This document shows, in pieces, positions 28,165-37,400 of a stretch of DNA of 64,000 nt (the stretch's first letter is position 1; every line of letters starts with the position of its first letter). Under the pieces are notes generated by a model, which had not been told where the DNA came from, did not search any database, and saw only the letters and a list, made by a program, of their open reading frames with translations. Source of the DNA: an uncultured Planctomycetaceae bacterium (GTDB taxonomy: Bacteria; Planctomycetota; Planctomycetia; Planctomycetales; Planctomycetaceae). The position numbers and the translations under genes are program-made. The stretch is taken from the NCBI GenBank assembly GCA_963813715.1, contig CAWFAK010000005.1:608001-672000 (forward strand). Reading direction: 5' to 3'.

Positions 28165-28677
28165 ATGTCAAAACTCTTGGACTTCTATCGGGGACAAGAC
28201 ACGGATACCGAAGGGCGATCGCTCGACGAATTGTGGGAATGGAACGACGACGAGCTGGAAGAGGTCCACGACTTCATTCAGTGGATGTTCCCGCTGCCCG
28301 AGCCGAGCCGCTTCAACCCCGATGCCCCCCTGTTGACCGCCGACGACATGGCCGCTTTCCGGAGCGACGTGTTGCTGCAGTCCCGGCTCCGCAAGTCGTT
28401 CGAGAGAATTCTGCGGTTTCTTGGGTTTTCGCGGGCCGAGGACGGAAGCGTTGTTGAGGGACCAACCTTCGCCGACCGCGTCCCCGAAGTCTGGGCATAC
28501 CCGAATCACAACTGGTTGCGGATCACCCGCATCCTGCGGAGCCTTTGCCGGCTTGGGCTCAACAGCGAAGCCCAATCGTTGTTCACGCGGCTCGAGGGCC
28601 TGTACAGCCAACGCAAGTTTCCGATCACGGCGGACACCTTTCAGTATTGGACGGAAGCGGTGCACTGCGCCGATTGA
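28165..28677 (+). CDS. Opioid growth factor receptor (OGFr)-like domain protein
   Basis: HDFIQWMFP and NHNWLRITRILRSL; RBS GGAGG. Confidence 0.85.
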   Translation: MSKLLDFYRGQDTDTEGRSLDELWEWNDDELEEVHDFIQWMFPLPEPSRFNPDAPLLTADDMAAFRSDVLLQSRLRKSFERILRFLGFSRAEDGSVVEGPTFADRVPEVWAYPNHNWLRITRILRSLCRLGLNSEAQSLFTRLEGLYSQRKFPITADTFQYWTEAVHCAD

Positions 28678-28926
28678 GCAGCCGGAGACGATCCCGTGTC
28701 CTCTACATTGGATGAACGGGGCAGCGACGGCATCGAAACGACAGGCGGCTGGCCGGACGGGCTGCAGTTCCGTTTTCCGCGTCGCGATCTCGGCTCCGCG
28801 CTGGCTCCTGCTCGGTGTCCTGTTGGTGCTGCTTGCTCTGCTCGGCGTGATGATCGGGCGGCCCATCGCCGGAATGATTCAGAATGGCGTAGCCGTCCTT
28901 GCTCACCTGCCGCAACACGGGTGATC

Positions 28927-30066
28927 TCAGCCGTCGAGCGCCTGTCGCAAGTCGGCGATCAAATCCTCCGGATGCTCGATGCCGATCGACAGCCGGATCG
29001 TCTTCTCCGTGATGCCGGCCGCCTGGCGGGCCTCCGGTGACATGGAGGCGTGGCTCATCGTGACGGGGTAGGCCACCAGCGATTCGATGCCGCCCAAGGA
29101 TTCGGCCAGCGCGAAGAGTTTTGTGCGATAGAGAAAACGTTCGGCCGTGCTGCGATCGCCGCGGATGTCGAAGCTGACCATGCCGCCGAAGCCTTTTTGC
29201 TGGCGGCGGGCGAGCTCGTGCTGTGGATGGCTGGGAAGGCCCGGATAATACACGCGCTCGACGGCCGGGTGTTCGCTGAGCATTTTGGCGACAGCCGTCG
29301 CGCCGCGTTCGTGGGCCTGCATCCGCGGAGCCAGCGTTTTCACGCCGCGGAGGACGAGCCACGCGTCGAATGGCGAGCAGGCGACGCCCAGCGCATTGAC
29401 GATGTATGCGATCCGCTGGGCATGCTCGGGCTTGCGGGTGACGACGCAGCCGCCGACCACGTCGGAATGGCCGTTCAAGTATTTCGTCGTCGAGTGCATG
29501 ACGACGTCCACCCCCAGCTCCAGCGGCCGCTGCAGGTAGGGCGACAAGAAGGTGTTGTCGGCGATCGTGATTGCGCCGGCCTCGCGGGCGATCGCGGTCA
29601 CGGCGGCGATATCGACCACGTTCAAGAGCGGATTGCTCGGCGTCTCGATCCAGATGCCTTTCGTCGCCGGCGTGAGGGCCTGACGGATATTCGCCGGGTC
29701 CCGCATGTCGACGAACGAGAAGCGAAAACCCCACGCGGCGTAGACATCGGCGAACAGCCGATACGTGCCGCCATAAATGTCGTGGCCGGCAATGATGTGG
29801 TCGCCCGGCTGAAAGAGGTGGATGGCCGCCGTGATGGCCGACATCCCCGTGGAGGTGGCTCGGCAATCGATGCCCCCTTCGAGGGAAGCCAGGTTCTCCT
29901 CGAGCGCCGTCCGCGTCGGGTTGCCGCTGCGGGTGTAGTCGTAGCCGCGATTGGTGGTGAGGTTGTCCCAGGCAAAGGTCGACGTGGGATAGATGGGCGT
30001 GATCACGCCTTTATAAGCGGGATCTTTGTCGACGCCGACGTGGACGCAGCGGGTTTCAAAGTGCAT
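28927..30066 (-). CDS. metB: Cystathionine gamma-synthase/lyase family PLP enzyme
   Basis: YTRSGNPT, ETPSNP, STTKYLNGHSD, AESLGG. Confidence 0.9.
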   Translation of the reverse strand: MHFETRCVHVGVDKDPAYKGVITPIYPTSTFAWDNLTTNRGYDYTRSGNPTRTALEENLASLEGGIDCRATSTGMSAITAAIHLFQPGDHIIAGHDIYGGTYRLFADVYAAWGFRFSFVDMRDPANIRQALTPATKGIWIETPSNPLLNVVDIAAVTAIAREAGAITIADNTFLSPYLQRPLELGVDVVMHSTTKYLNGHSDVVGGCVVTRKPEHAQRIAYIVNALGVACSPFDAWLVLRGVKTLAPRMQAHERGATAVAKMLSEHPAVERVYYPGLPSHPQHELARRQQKGFGGMVSFDIRGDRSTAERFLYRTKLFALAESLGGIESLVAYPVTMSHASMSPEARQAAGITEKTIRLSIGIEHPEDLIADLRQALDG

Positions 30067-30161
30067 GGGAAAGAACCAGGGGATGCTTAAAAGGGGAAAG
30101 AGGAGGAATGAACCGCGAAGACCCCAGGAGACCAAGAAGTGAACAGTTGAAGTTTTTCTTC

Positions 30162-30243
30162 CTCTGTTAACTCTGTTGCCTCCTGTTCAAAACCTGTCTT
30201 AATTCAAGTTTTGTCTTAACAGGAGGTAACGGAGGAAACGGAG
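30162..30243. repeat. Inverted repeat with 9-nt periodic arms
   Basis: CTCTGTTAACTCTGTTGCCTCCTGTT ... AACAGGAGGTAACGGAGGAAACGGAG. Confidence 0.7.
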
Positions 30244-30259
30244 ACGACTCGAGGCTAAC

Positions 30260-30288
30260 AAAAAAACCGGCGGCAGGGCGCCGCCGGT
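30260..30288 (-). terminator. Rho-independent terminator after cysK
   Basis: ACCGGCGGC/GCCGCCGGT stem with a T-tract on the minus strand. Confidence 0.8.
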
Positions 30289-30333
30289 GCGTGTCGATCA
30301 ATTCTGAGGACGCGGATTGAATTGTTAACGCGA

Positions 30334-31266
30334 TCAAGCGCGGGCGTATTCGAACAACGGCGTCGACAGGTAGCGTTCGCCCGAGTCAGGCAGAATCACG
30401 ACCAGCGTTTTGCCTTCCGATTCCGGACGAGCGGCGACCTTGAGGGCCGCGGCCATCGCGGCTCCGCAGCTGATGCCCGAGATGATGCCCTCTTCCTTCG
30501 CCAGGCGCGGGGCCATCTCGAAGGCCTCTTCGTCGCTCACCTTGACGACCTCGTCCACGAGCTTCATGTCGAGGACCTTGGGAATGAAGCCGGCGCCGAT
30601 CCCCTGGATGCGGTGCTTGCCCGGGCGTCCCCCCGACAGCACGGGGCTGTTGACTGGCTCGACGGCGATCGATTTCAGCGGATGCTTTTTCTCTTCTTTG
30701 ATGTAACGGCTGACGCCGGTGATCGTGCCGCCGGTGCCGACGCCCGAGATCAGGATGTCGACCTTGCCGTCGGTGTCGTTCCAGATTTCGGGGCCCGTCG
30801 TGCGAAAGTGGATTTCGGGATTGGCCGGGTTGTTGAATTGCTGCGGAATGTAGAAGGACGGATCCTTGGCCAGCTCTTCAGCCTTGGCGATGGCCCCTTT
30901 CATTCCTTCGGCGCCCGGCGTGAGCACGAGCGTGGCGCCAAACGCCTTGAGCATCATCCGCCGCTCCATCGACATCGTGTCGGGCATCGTCAACGTCAGC
31001 GGGTAGCCTTTCGCCGCGCAGACGTAGGCCAGTGCGATACCCGTGTTGCCGCTGGTCGGCTCGACCACCTGCATGCCCGGCTTCAACTTGCCGGTCTTTT
31101 CGGCGTCCCAGATCATCGCGGCCCCGATGCGGTCCTTGACGCTGTAGCCCGGACCTCGTCCCTCGATTTTGGCGAGAATGGTGGCCTTGAGGCCTTTGGA
31201 GATTCGATTGATCTTCACGAGCGGCGTGCGACCGATCGAGTCGGGATTATCCTTGAAGGTGGGCAT
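30334..31266 (-). CDS. cysK: Cysteine synthase A
   Basis: [31 protein letters not shown]. Confidence 0.95.
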   Translation of the reverse strand: MPTFKDNPDSIGRTPLVKINRISKGLKATILAKIEGRGPGYSVKDRIGAAMIWDAEKTGKLKPGMQVVEPTSGNTGIALAYVCAAKGYPLTLTMPDTMSMERRMMLKAFGATLVLTPGAEGMKGAIAKAEELAKDPSFYIPQQFNNPANPEIHFRTTGPEIWNDTDGKVDILISGVGTGGTITGVSRYIKEEKKHPLKSIAVEPVNSPVLSGGRPGKHRIQGIGAGFIPKVLDMKLVDEVVKVSDEEAFEMAPRLAKEEGIISGISCGAAMAAALKVAARPESEGKTLVVILPDSGERYLSTPLFEYARA

Positions 31267-31604
31267 GGTCGGCGTTTCCTTCCGGAACAGGAACTGGGAA
31301 CAGAAGCAGGCGGCAGCAGAGCCGGTGAGGAACAACGGCCCGACTCTCAGGTGATCGACGGCTCAAGGAGCGGCAGCCGACCCGCGCGCCGGCAATTATC
31401 GAAGATCGCCAACGCGACTGCAACGCCGCTGCGGCGCAGCGCGGCCGAAACCCCGCAGCGCCGCGGTCGTGATTTCGCAACGGGCCTGGATTAAAGAGCC
31501 GCGCACGCCAGTAAGCGGTGTCTTTTGATCGTTCTTCGCGCTAAAGGCATCCGCCTCCATCGACTGCGATGTGCGCACGAATGCTGTGTCCCCCGCTCAG
31601 AGTC

Positions 31605-31786
31605 GGGTGCCATGCCCACCGGCTTCGGTGGGCATTCGCGATTCGTAGCGGAAGACATGTCCACGCCGAGCCGTGAGACCGTCCGCGAATTTCGGGTGCC
31701 ACGGCTGAGACGCTTCGGCTCAGCCGTGCTCTTTACGGCTGCTCACGGCGGCTGCTGAACTGTTAAGAGCACGGTTGAGCAAGCTC
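31605..31786. repeat. Cluster of GGGTG-footed REP-like hairpins
   Basis: 31605-31635, 31694-31733, and an inverted copy 31764-31786 that continues at 32980-32992 beyond the IS. Confidence 0.75.
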
Positions 31787-32969
31787 GAGGGGATCCGGGA
31801 ATTAGGCGCTCTAAGAGAAAGGGTCTCCGTGGGTTAATGTTTTTTTGTCACAAAGAACATTGGCCCCACGGGAGACCCAAGGATGGGACATTCTACCCGC
31901 GCCTCAGCAAGCCTGCATGCGTTGGTGAAGTTGATGATTCCTGTGTGCCAGCGTGCTGAGAGAGAGCACCCGCGTCGCGGTCCGGGACGACCACCGGAGA
32001 TTGCTGATTGGGTCATGCTCGTGCTCGTAACCGTCGCGATTCTCAAATACCGTCGGAACAAATCCGCCCAATACCGATTTCTCAGTCAAAACCGAGCCAA
32101 GCTTTTGGAATGGATCGGGACCACCCGGTTCCCGTCACGCAGCACGTACTGTGAGCGTTATCGAAGGGCCCATCGCCTGTTTCAGGTTGCCGTTCGTCTT
32201 CAAGGCAGGTGTCTGTTGAAGCATCAAGTCGGCGACGCACGTTGTGTGGCTGTCGACAAAAGCCTGATTCGGTCGTTGGGTCCGAAGTGGCCAAAACGGC
32301 TGCGCATCCAAGGAAAGCTTTTGCGGGGTGTGGACCGTGAGAGCACGTGGGGCTATTGCAAGCACCATGGTTGGGTCCAGGGCTACTCCTACGAAGTCCT
32401 ACTTTCTGCGGGGAAAAAGGGACTTGTTGTGCCCCTCTTGGCGTCGGTGAATCAGGCTCACTGGAGTGAGCACCGGTCATTCCCCGAAAAGATTCCACAC
32501 TTGCCTCGACCCACCAAGTACGTCTTGGCGGATAGCGGCTACGACGGCAATGACCACGCTGACGCCATCGAGCGAGATTCGCGTGGCAACCCGACAGGCC
32601 GGCGGTTTTTATGCCCTCAAATCTACCGAGGAGGACATCGTCGCCAGCCGGGACCATTTCACGACGCACATCGTGCTCGAAGAGAAGTCCGCACTCGCCG
32701 GGAGGCGCGATATCAGTACTTCCAGACGAAGACAGCCCGGCTTCACTATTCGCGGCGAGGCAGAACCGCCGAGCCGTTCCACGAATGGTTCAAATCCACA
32801 TTCCAACTTCACGAGCGAGCCTGGCACCGTGGCTTGGACAACAACCGCACCCAAGTTCTCGGCGCCCTGTTCGCCTACCAGCTACTCGTTCGCTACAACC
32901 GCCGAAAACACAAACACAACGGCTCAGTTCGCTGGATCCTCGACGGCCTCTGAATTCCCGGATCCCCTC
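31787..32969 (+). mobile_element. Insertion sequence with a DDE transposase (IS4/IS5-like)
   Basis: Perfect 17-bp TIRs GAGGGGATCCGGGAATT; flanking direct repeat GAGCAAGCTC. Confidence 0.9.
31883..32953 (+). CDS. DDE transposase
   Basis: GRP motif; VAVD, LADSGYD and AEPF catalytic motifs; lies within TIRs. Confidence 0.85.
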   Translation: MGHSTRASASLHALVKLMIPVCQRAEREHPRRGPGRPPEIADWVMLVLVTVAILKYRRNKSAQYRFLSQNRAKLLEWIGTTRFPSRSTYCERYRRAHRLFQVAVRLQGRCLLKHQVGDARCVAVDKSLIRSLGPKWPKRLRIQGKLLRGVDRESTWGYCKHHGWVQGYSYEVLLSAGKKGLVVPLLASVNQAHWSEHRSFPEKIPHLPRPTKYVLADSGYDGNDHADAIERDSRGNPTGRRFLCPQIYRGGHRRQPGPFHDAHRARREVRTRREARYQYFQTKTARLHYSRRGRTAEPFHEWFKSTFQLHERAWHRGLDNNRTQVLGALFAYQLLVRYNRRKHKHNGSVRWILDGL

Positions 32970-33617
32970 GAGCAAGCTCAACCGTGGCACCCCAGGCAAA
33001 TCTTCGCTCGGAAGGCACCCCTTACTGGCGTGGGCGTCTTTCGACGGCCTCGCCCGCCGCGTAGAAAACTGATCTTGGACGAATCGCATTTTTGTGGCTG
33101 AATGGAAGAAGCGACTCTGTGCGCCGACGGCTGAGCTTGTGCGCGGAGTGCTCAGCTGCGTGACCGTGCGGCGACGTTGCCGAAGCGTCATCGATTCGGG
33201 ACGGGCTACCGGTCAGTTTTCGATCCAGGCGAGTTGAAGTCCGGTCCGGACACATTCTCAGAGGGACAGGATTGGGGGACGGGACTGGGACGGGACCGGA
33301 TCGGAATGGGAGGGGCGGGACGCGGGACGGGACACGTTGTTTCATCGAGAGAATCCCGGCGAATTTGCCCTCGACCGGCTCGGTCCGGACACGCGAGCGG
33401 GGGACGGGACCAGTCAAAAAAGGTCCGGTCCGGACACATTCCGTCACAGCCAAACGGACCAGACCGGGAACATTTTCACCACAAAGGCACCAAGGCACAA
33501 AGAAATCCGACTTGCTGGGTAATGTTTGCTTTGTGTGTGACCTCCGGCGGGACGAATTGAAGTTGGGACGGGACACAAACACCGGGACGGGACTGATTTC
33601 CGGTAGGGCAGGCTCTG

Positions 33618-34969
33618 TGTTGAGACCGGACACATGGGTGACAAGTGTTCGGACACATGGGTAACAGGTTTGGCGGGGAAGGCAAAGGCTGCGTGAGCGT
33701 AGCGAATGCAGCCTTTGCCTTCCTCGCGTCGGAAAATCACGTCCCCTCCGCGTTCCGGTCTCGCAGATCAATGCGGGCAATCTTCTGCGAGCAATAAAAC
33801 ACCTGCCAGACTCCCTCGGTCGTCGTCGGCCGAAGAGCGACGGCTTCGCCCGAGAACGCCTCGCTGATCTTGATCACTTGTCCTCGAAAACTCAGTTGCC
33901 CCACGGGATTCACCTTGCGGACTTCGTCTCCCTCGTCGTATTCGATCGGCGGAAGATGCTCCGGAAACTCACGTCGGCTGACCACGTAACGACTACCAGG
34001 CACTCTCAGCCCCAAGGCCTCGTGAGGACGCTCGTGGTTATACGTCTGACGCCAACGATCGAACTCCCGCTGCACCTCCCCAGAGTTCGCGAAGGCCCGG
34101 CCGCGCAACACTTCCGCCTGCAGCGTGCGGTGAAATCGCTCTTCCTTCCCTTGCGTCTCGGGGTGGTAAGGGCGGCCATGGATCACGCGAATGTTGTGTC
34201 GCAACAACCAGACCGACAGCTTCGTGTAACCTCCGCGACGGTGGGTGACCGCCCAGGGCGTCCCGTTGTCCATCAACATCGACCAGGGAAGGCCGTAACG
34301 TCGAAAGACGCCCTGCAGACTCTCCCGAACGGTCTCGGATCGCTGGTTCAAACAGGCCCGCAGCCCCAAGGAGTAGCGAGAGTGATCGTCTGTGATCGTC
34401 AACGGGTGGCAGCGACGACCGTCGACCATGCGGAAATCGCCCTTGAAATCCATCTGCCACAACTCGTTGGGCGCCTCCCGCTCAAACCGCTGCACGGGGG
34501 CACGCCGGAGTGACTCCTCCTGCTCGATGCGGCCATGACGACGCAAAATCGCCGTGATCGTGCTGGCGGCCGGGACCGCTTGACGCCCCAGGGCCAACAG
34601 ACGGGCCCGCAGCTTGCGACCTCCCCAGACCGGGTGCCGATCCCGCAGCTCCAGCACCTCCGCTTCAATGGCCGCGCTCGTCGGCTCGCGAAAATGCCGA
34701 GGACGACGCGAACGATCCACGCACGGTTCGCCCAATCGAACCCGGCCTAACCACTTGTAGCCGGTCTTCCGCGAAATCCCAAACCGCCTGCACAGCACAG
34801 CGACCTTCGAATTTGGCGACGACGCCAAACGGCAAAACTCTTCCCGCATCGACACAACGTCACACTCCTGCCACGGCATCCGTCTCCCTCCTGGAAAGGA
34901 AGACCTCAGCCTACAAAAAGTGTTACCTATGTGTCCGAACGACTGTTACCTATGTGTCCGGTCTATACA
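33618..34969 (-). mobile_element. IS481 family element
   Basis: TGT...ACA ends with repeated GGACACAT(G/A)GGT(A/G)ACA motifs; 5-bp TSD CTCTG. Confidence 0.92.
33737..34879 (-). CDS. IS481 transposase
   Basis: MPW start, ISRKTGYKW, WQMDFKG, MDNG, GKEERFHRT, YNHERPHEAL. Confidence 0.95.
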   Translation of the reverse strand: MPWQECDVVSMREEFCRLASSPNSKVAVLCRRFGISRKTGYKWLGRVRLGEPCVDRSRRPRHFREPTSAAIEAEVLELRDRHPVWGGRKLRARLLALGRQAVPAASTITAILRRHGRIEQEESLRRAPVQRFEREAPNELWQMDFKGDFRMVDGRRCHPLTITDDHSRYSLGLRACLNQRSETVRESLQGVFRRYGLPWSMLMDNGTPWAVTHRRGGYTKLSVWLLRHNIRVIHGRPYHPETQGKEERFHRTLQAEVLRGRAFANSGEVQREFDRWRQTYNHERPHEALGLRVPGSRYVVSRREFPEHLPPIEYDEGDEVRKVNPVGQLSFRGQVIKISEAFSGEAVALRPTTTEGVWQVFYCSQKIARIDLRDRNAEGT

Positions 34970-35388
34970 CTCTGCCTGCCGCCGACATGGGGAGCGGGAC
35001 GGGACACATTGTTTCACCGGGAAACAAGCGGCATTTGTGCGGAGCGAAACGGGACGGGATCGAATTGAGACAGGCGCGACGGCGAGCGCAGCCTGCCCCA
35101 CAAAATTCAGACGCAGACTTCACCTTTCCAATTTAGCGGGACGGGACACGTTGTTTCACCGAGCCGATCCCGGCGAATTTGCTCCTTCGCTCAGCCCGCC
35201 AAGCTCGATCGAGCGCGGCGGGACCGCGAGCCCGCGGGGACCGCAATTGGATCGCCCGCCGCCCGCGAGCCGGTCTGCTGGTGGTGGGGATCCGTTTTCA
35301 CATAAGGGAGAAAAGGATCCCCAGCAGCGCGATGCGGCAACTGTCCCGCGGTGACAAGAAATTCATCCCCGGCGGGGTGGGGACGCTT

Positions 35389-35680
35389 TTATTTGATAGG
35401 GGACTCCGAAGTTGGCGCCACCGACTGGCTTTGCCTAGAAAACCGCGTTAGCGCGCCTGGATCAGCGTCCGTTCCAGAAAATATATCGCTCAACCCACGG
35501 AGAGACGGGCTTCCCATTGATTGTGTGCCAGGGCATTGGCAGACAGCCAACGCGCAGCATGTCGGCAGTCGCTGAGGCAGCGATCCGCTGGGCACTTAAC
35601 AGCGCGGACGCGACGATGAACAAAATCGCGACCCAGTTGCGAGAGGATCTTCGGTAGGAGTGGAGTAGATCGTCACTCAT
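35389..35680 (-). CDS. Small leaderless hypothetical membrane or secreted protein (cassette cargo; stop at 35462, or 35389 if frameshifted)
   Basis: TACAAT-N6-ATG start; hydrophobic segment WVAILFIVASALL. Confidence 0.5.
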
Positions 35681-35743
35681 GCCGCGATTGTACCGGCAGC
35701 GAGTCACCGGAGTGACCAGATTCTGCACAGCACCGACTCGGAC

Positions 35744-35851
35744 GGGTGGCGGGGGCGCTCCGCTTCGCGGAAGCCCCTGTCTTGTCGTGATCCTTGCCCG
35801 CTGAGGTAGGCCGATGTTCCGGGGCTTCCGCTCCGCGGAGCGCCCCGGCCA
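35744..35851. repeat. GGGTG-footed REP inverted doublet; second copy split by IS110
   Basis: 35744-35779 is close to the reverse complement of 35819-35851 plus 37252-37254. Confidence 0.8.
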
Positions 35852-35859
35852 TCTATGAG

Positions 35860-36126
35860 AAGGGTAGCGTCAAGGGTTGGTTTTTGCGTTTGAAGTGGTG
35901 ATCTGGGCGATGCGGTACGCTCAACCATCTATTCGGGATCACCAACGGTCTGGAACAGGTCCGTCGATGTCGCCAGGAAGCCGACTTTCGAGAGACGCCC
36001 CATTCACCCTTCGAAGGTCGCTCTTTTGAGGGAACGCCTTCATGGCCGGGGGCGGGGTCGTCTGTGGGTCGTCGCAGCGCTTTCGATCGATGTTTTGTTT
36101 TGTGCTCTCCTGCCAAGGTCAGGGAT
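35860..36126 (-). ncRNA. Candidate bridge/seek RNA region of the IS1111-like element
   Basis: Position in the long non-coding end; inferred from family behaviour only. Confidence 0.45.
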
Positions 36127-37146
36127 TTAAGTCGGTTGCTGGCTGAGCGAGTAGGGTTGGCCCGTCTTCAAGATCGCTGTCATCAGGCACAACAACCGGC
36201 GGGCCACGGCGACGATCGCCTTCTTGGCACGCACGCGCAACTTCAATCGTTCATAAATCCGACGCCAACGTAACGAGTGCTGAACCAGCCGCCAGGCGGC
36301 TTCGACCAGCGTCGAGCGCAGCAGCGTCGAACCGTTCTTCTCCAGGTGCAGCTCCCGACTCTTGCCCGCACTCTCGCGTTGACCCGGTGAGAGCCCTGCG
36401 TAAGCGACGACCCGCTTTTGCGAACCGAAGCGATCAATGTCTGCCAACTCGGCCAGCACAACTTCGGTGGTCACGAAGCCCACTCCGGGGATCGTCCGCA
36501 ACAGCGTCCGCGCTTCCTGCTCGCAAAGCGGCGCCGCCTCGGCGAACTCCTTCAGCCGGGCGTTGACGGCCAGCAGCTGACGCCTCCCGAAGTGCAACTC
36601 TTCGACCATTTGATCCACGGCGAACCGATCCGCTCCCAAGAGAGGCACTTGGGCGAGATACGCCAACCCGTCCACGGTGAACAGACTGGGACGATCCGCG
36701 TTGTAGTCGCAGAGAATGCGGCGCAGACGGTTCTTGACGGAGGTCAATCGCCGTTGAACGCCGCCCCGCTGACGCACCAGTCGTCGATGCTCATGCTGCC
36801 GCGGAGTCGCCCGGTAAGACGTCGGAATCATGTCCAAGGCCAGGAACTCCGCGAGGATTTGCGCGTCGAGCCGATCGCTTTTACGCGTGCTCTCGGCAAT
36901 CACACGCAGCTTCTTGGGGTGGGCCAACAACACGCGATGGGCCACGGGCTCGATCAATCGCACGAACCATTCGTAGCTGGCGGTCGCTTCCACGACAGCC
37001 TCGAACTCCCCGAGCCTCTCGAAAAATGCGAGGATGCTCCGCTCTTCGCCACAACGCACGGTCCGACGCTCCAAGACCCGCCGCAATTGGTCGACGACGC
37101 AAATCGTGATAGTCTGCTTGTGTAGGTCGCAGCCGGCAAATTTCAT
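36127..37146 (-). CDS. IS110 recombinase/transposase
   Basis: GCDLHK, VEAT, KSDRLDA, TIPGVG, AYAGLSP..RESAG. Confidence 0.95.
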   Translation of the reverse strand: MKFAGCDLHKQTITICVVDQLRRVLERRTVRCGEERSILAFFERLGEFEAVVEATASYEWFVRLIEPVAHRVLLAHPKKLRVIAESTRKSDRLDAQILAEFLALDMIPTSYRATPRQHEHRRLVRQRGGVQRRLTSVKNRLRRILCDYNADRPSLFTVDGLAYLAQVPLLGADRFAVDQMVEELHFGRRQLLAVNARLKEFAEAAPLCEQEARTLLRTIPGVGFVTTEVVLAELADIDRFGSQKRVVAYAGLSPGQRESAGKSRELHLEKNGSTLLRSTLVEAAWRLVQHSLRWRRIYERLKLRVRAKKAIVAVARRLLCLMTAILKTGQPYSLSQQPT

Positions 37147-37400
37147 GGCGGTGTCCTTTTGTGGAAACGGTTTGCAACAAACTCCGTTTACCACGTTCAA
37201 GCACAACCACCAACCGGCTCGGCCTACCTCTTACCGCTCCTCATAGCTTCACCCCTGACGCGCCGCCGGATCCAAAAGCCGCAGCGTGTCAGGGGCATGC
37301 CCCTGGGTTTTGAGGGGTGACGCCGATACACTGCGCGAAGATTGCACGGGTCCTGGGATGATTGGCGCGAACAGCCTTTTTGCCTACGGAGAATGTCGAG

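Larger units (their letters stand above)
33196..35182 (+). repeat. Field of oriented GGGACGGGACAC / CCGGTCCGGACAC motifs, interrupted by IS481
   Basis: About 12 same-strand copies; 46-nt repeat 33323-33368 versus 35137-35182 (42/46 identical). Confidence 0.75.
35852..37251 (-). mobile_element. IS110 family element, IS1111-like
   Basis: Sub-terminal IRs CTATGAG at 35853 and CTCATAG at 37240; CA core at both ends; about 275-bp non-coding end downstream of the transposase. Confidence 0.88.

Noticed and set aside
28696..28924. Small frameshifted membrane-protein fragment
   Set aside because: Too short and ambiguous to call
31270..31600. SAM riboswitch or Cys leader peptide upstream of cysK
   Set aside because: No SAM-I core motifs recognised; the Cys-containing extension is only an in-frame upstream stretch
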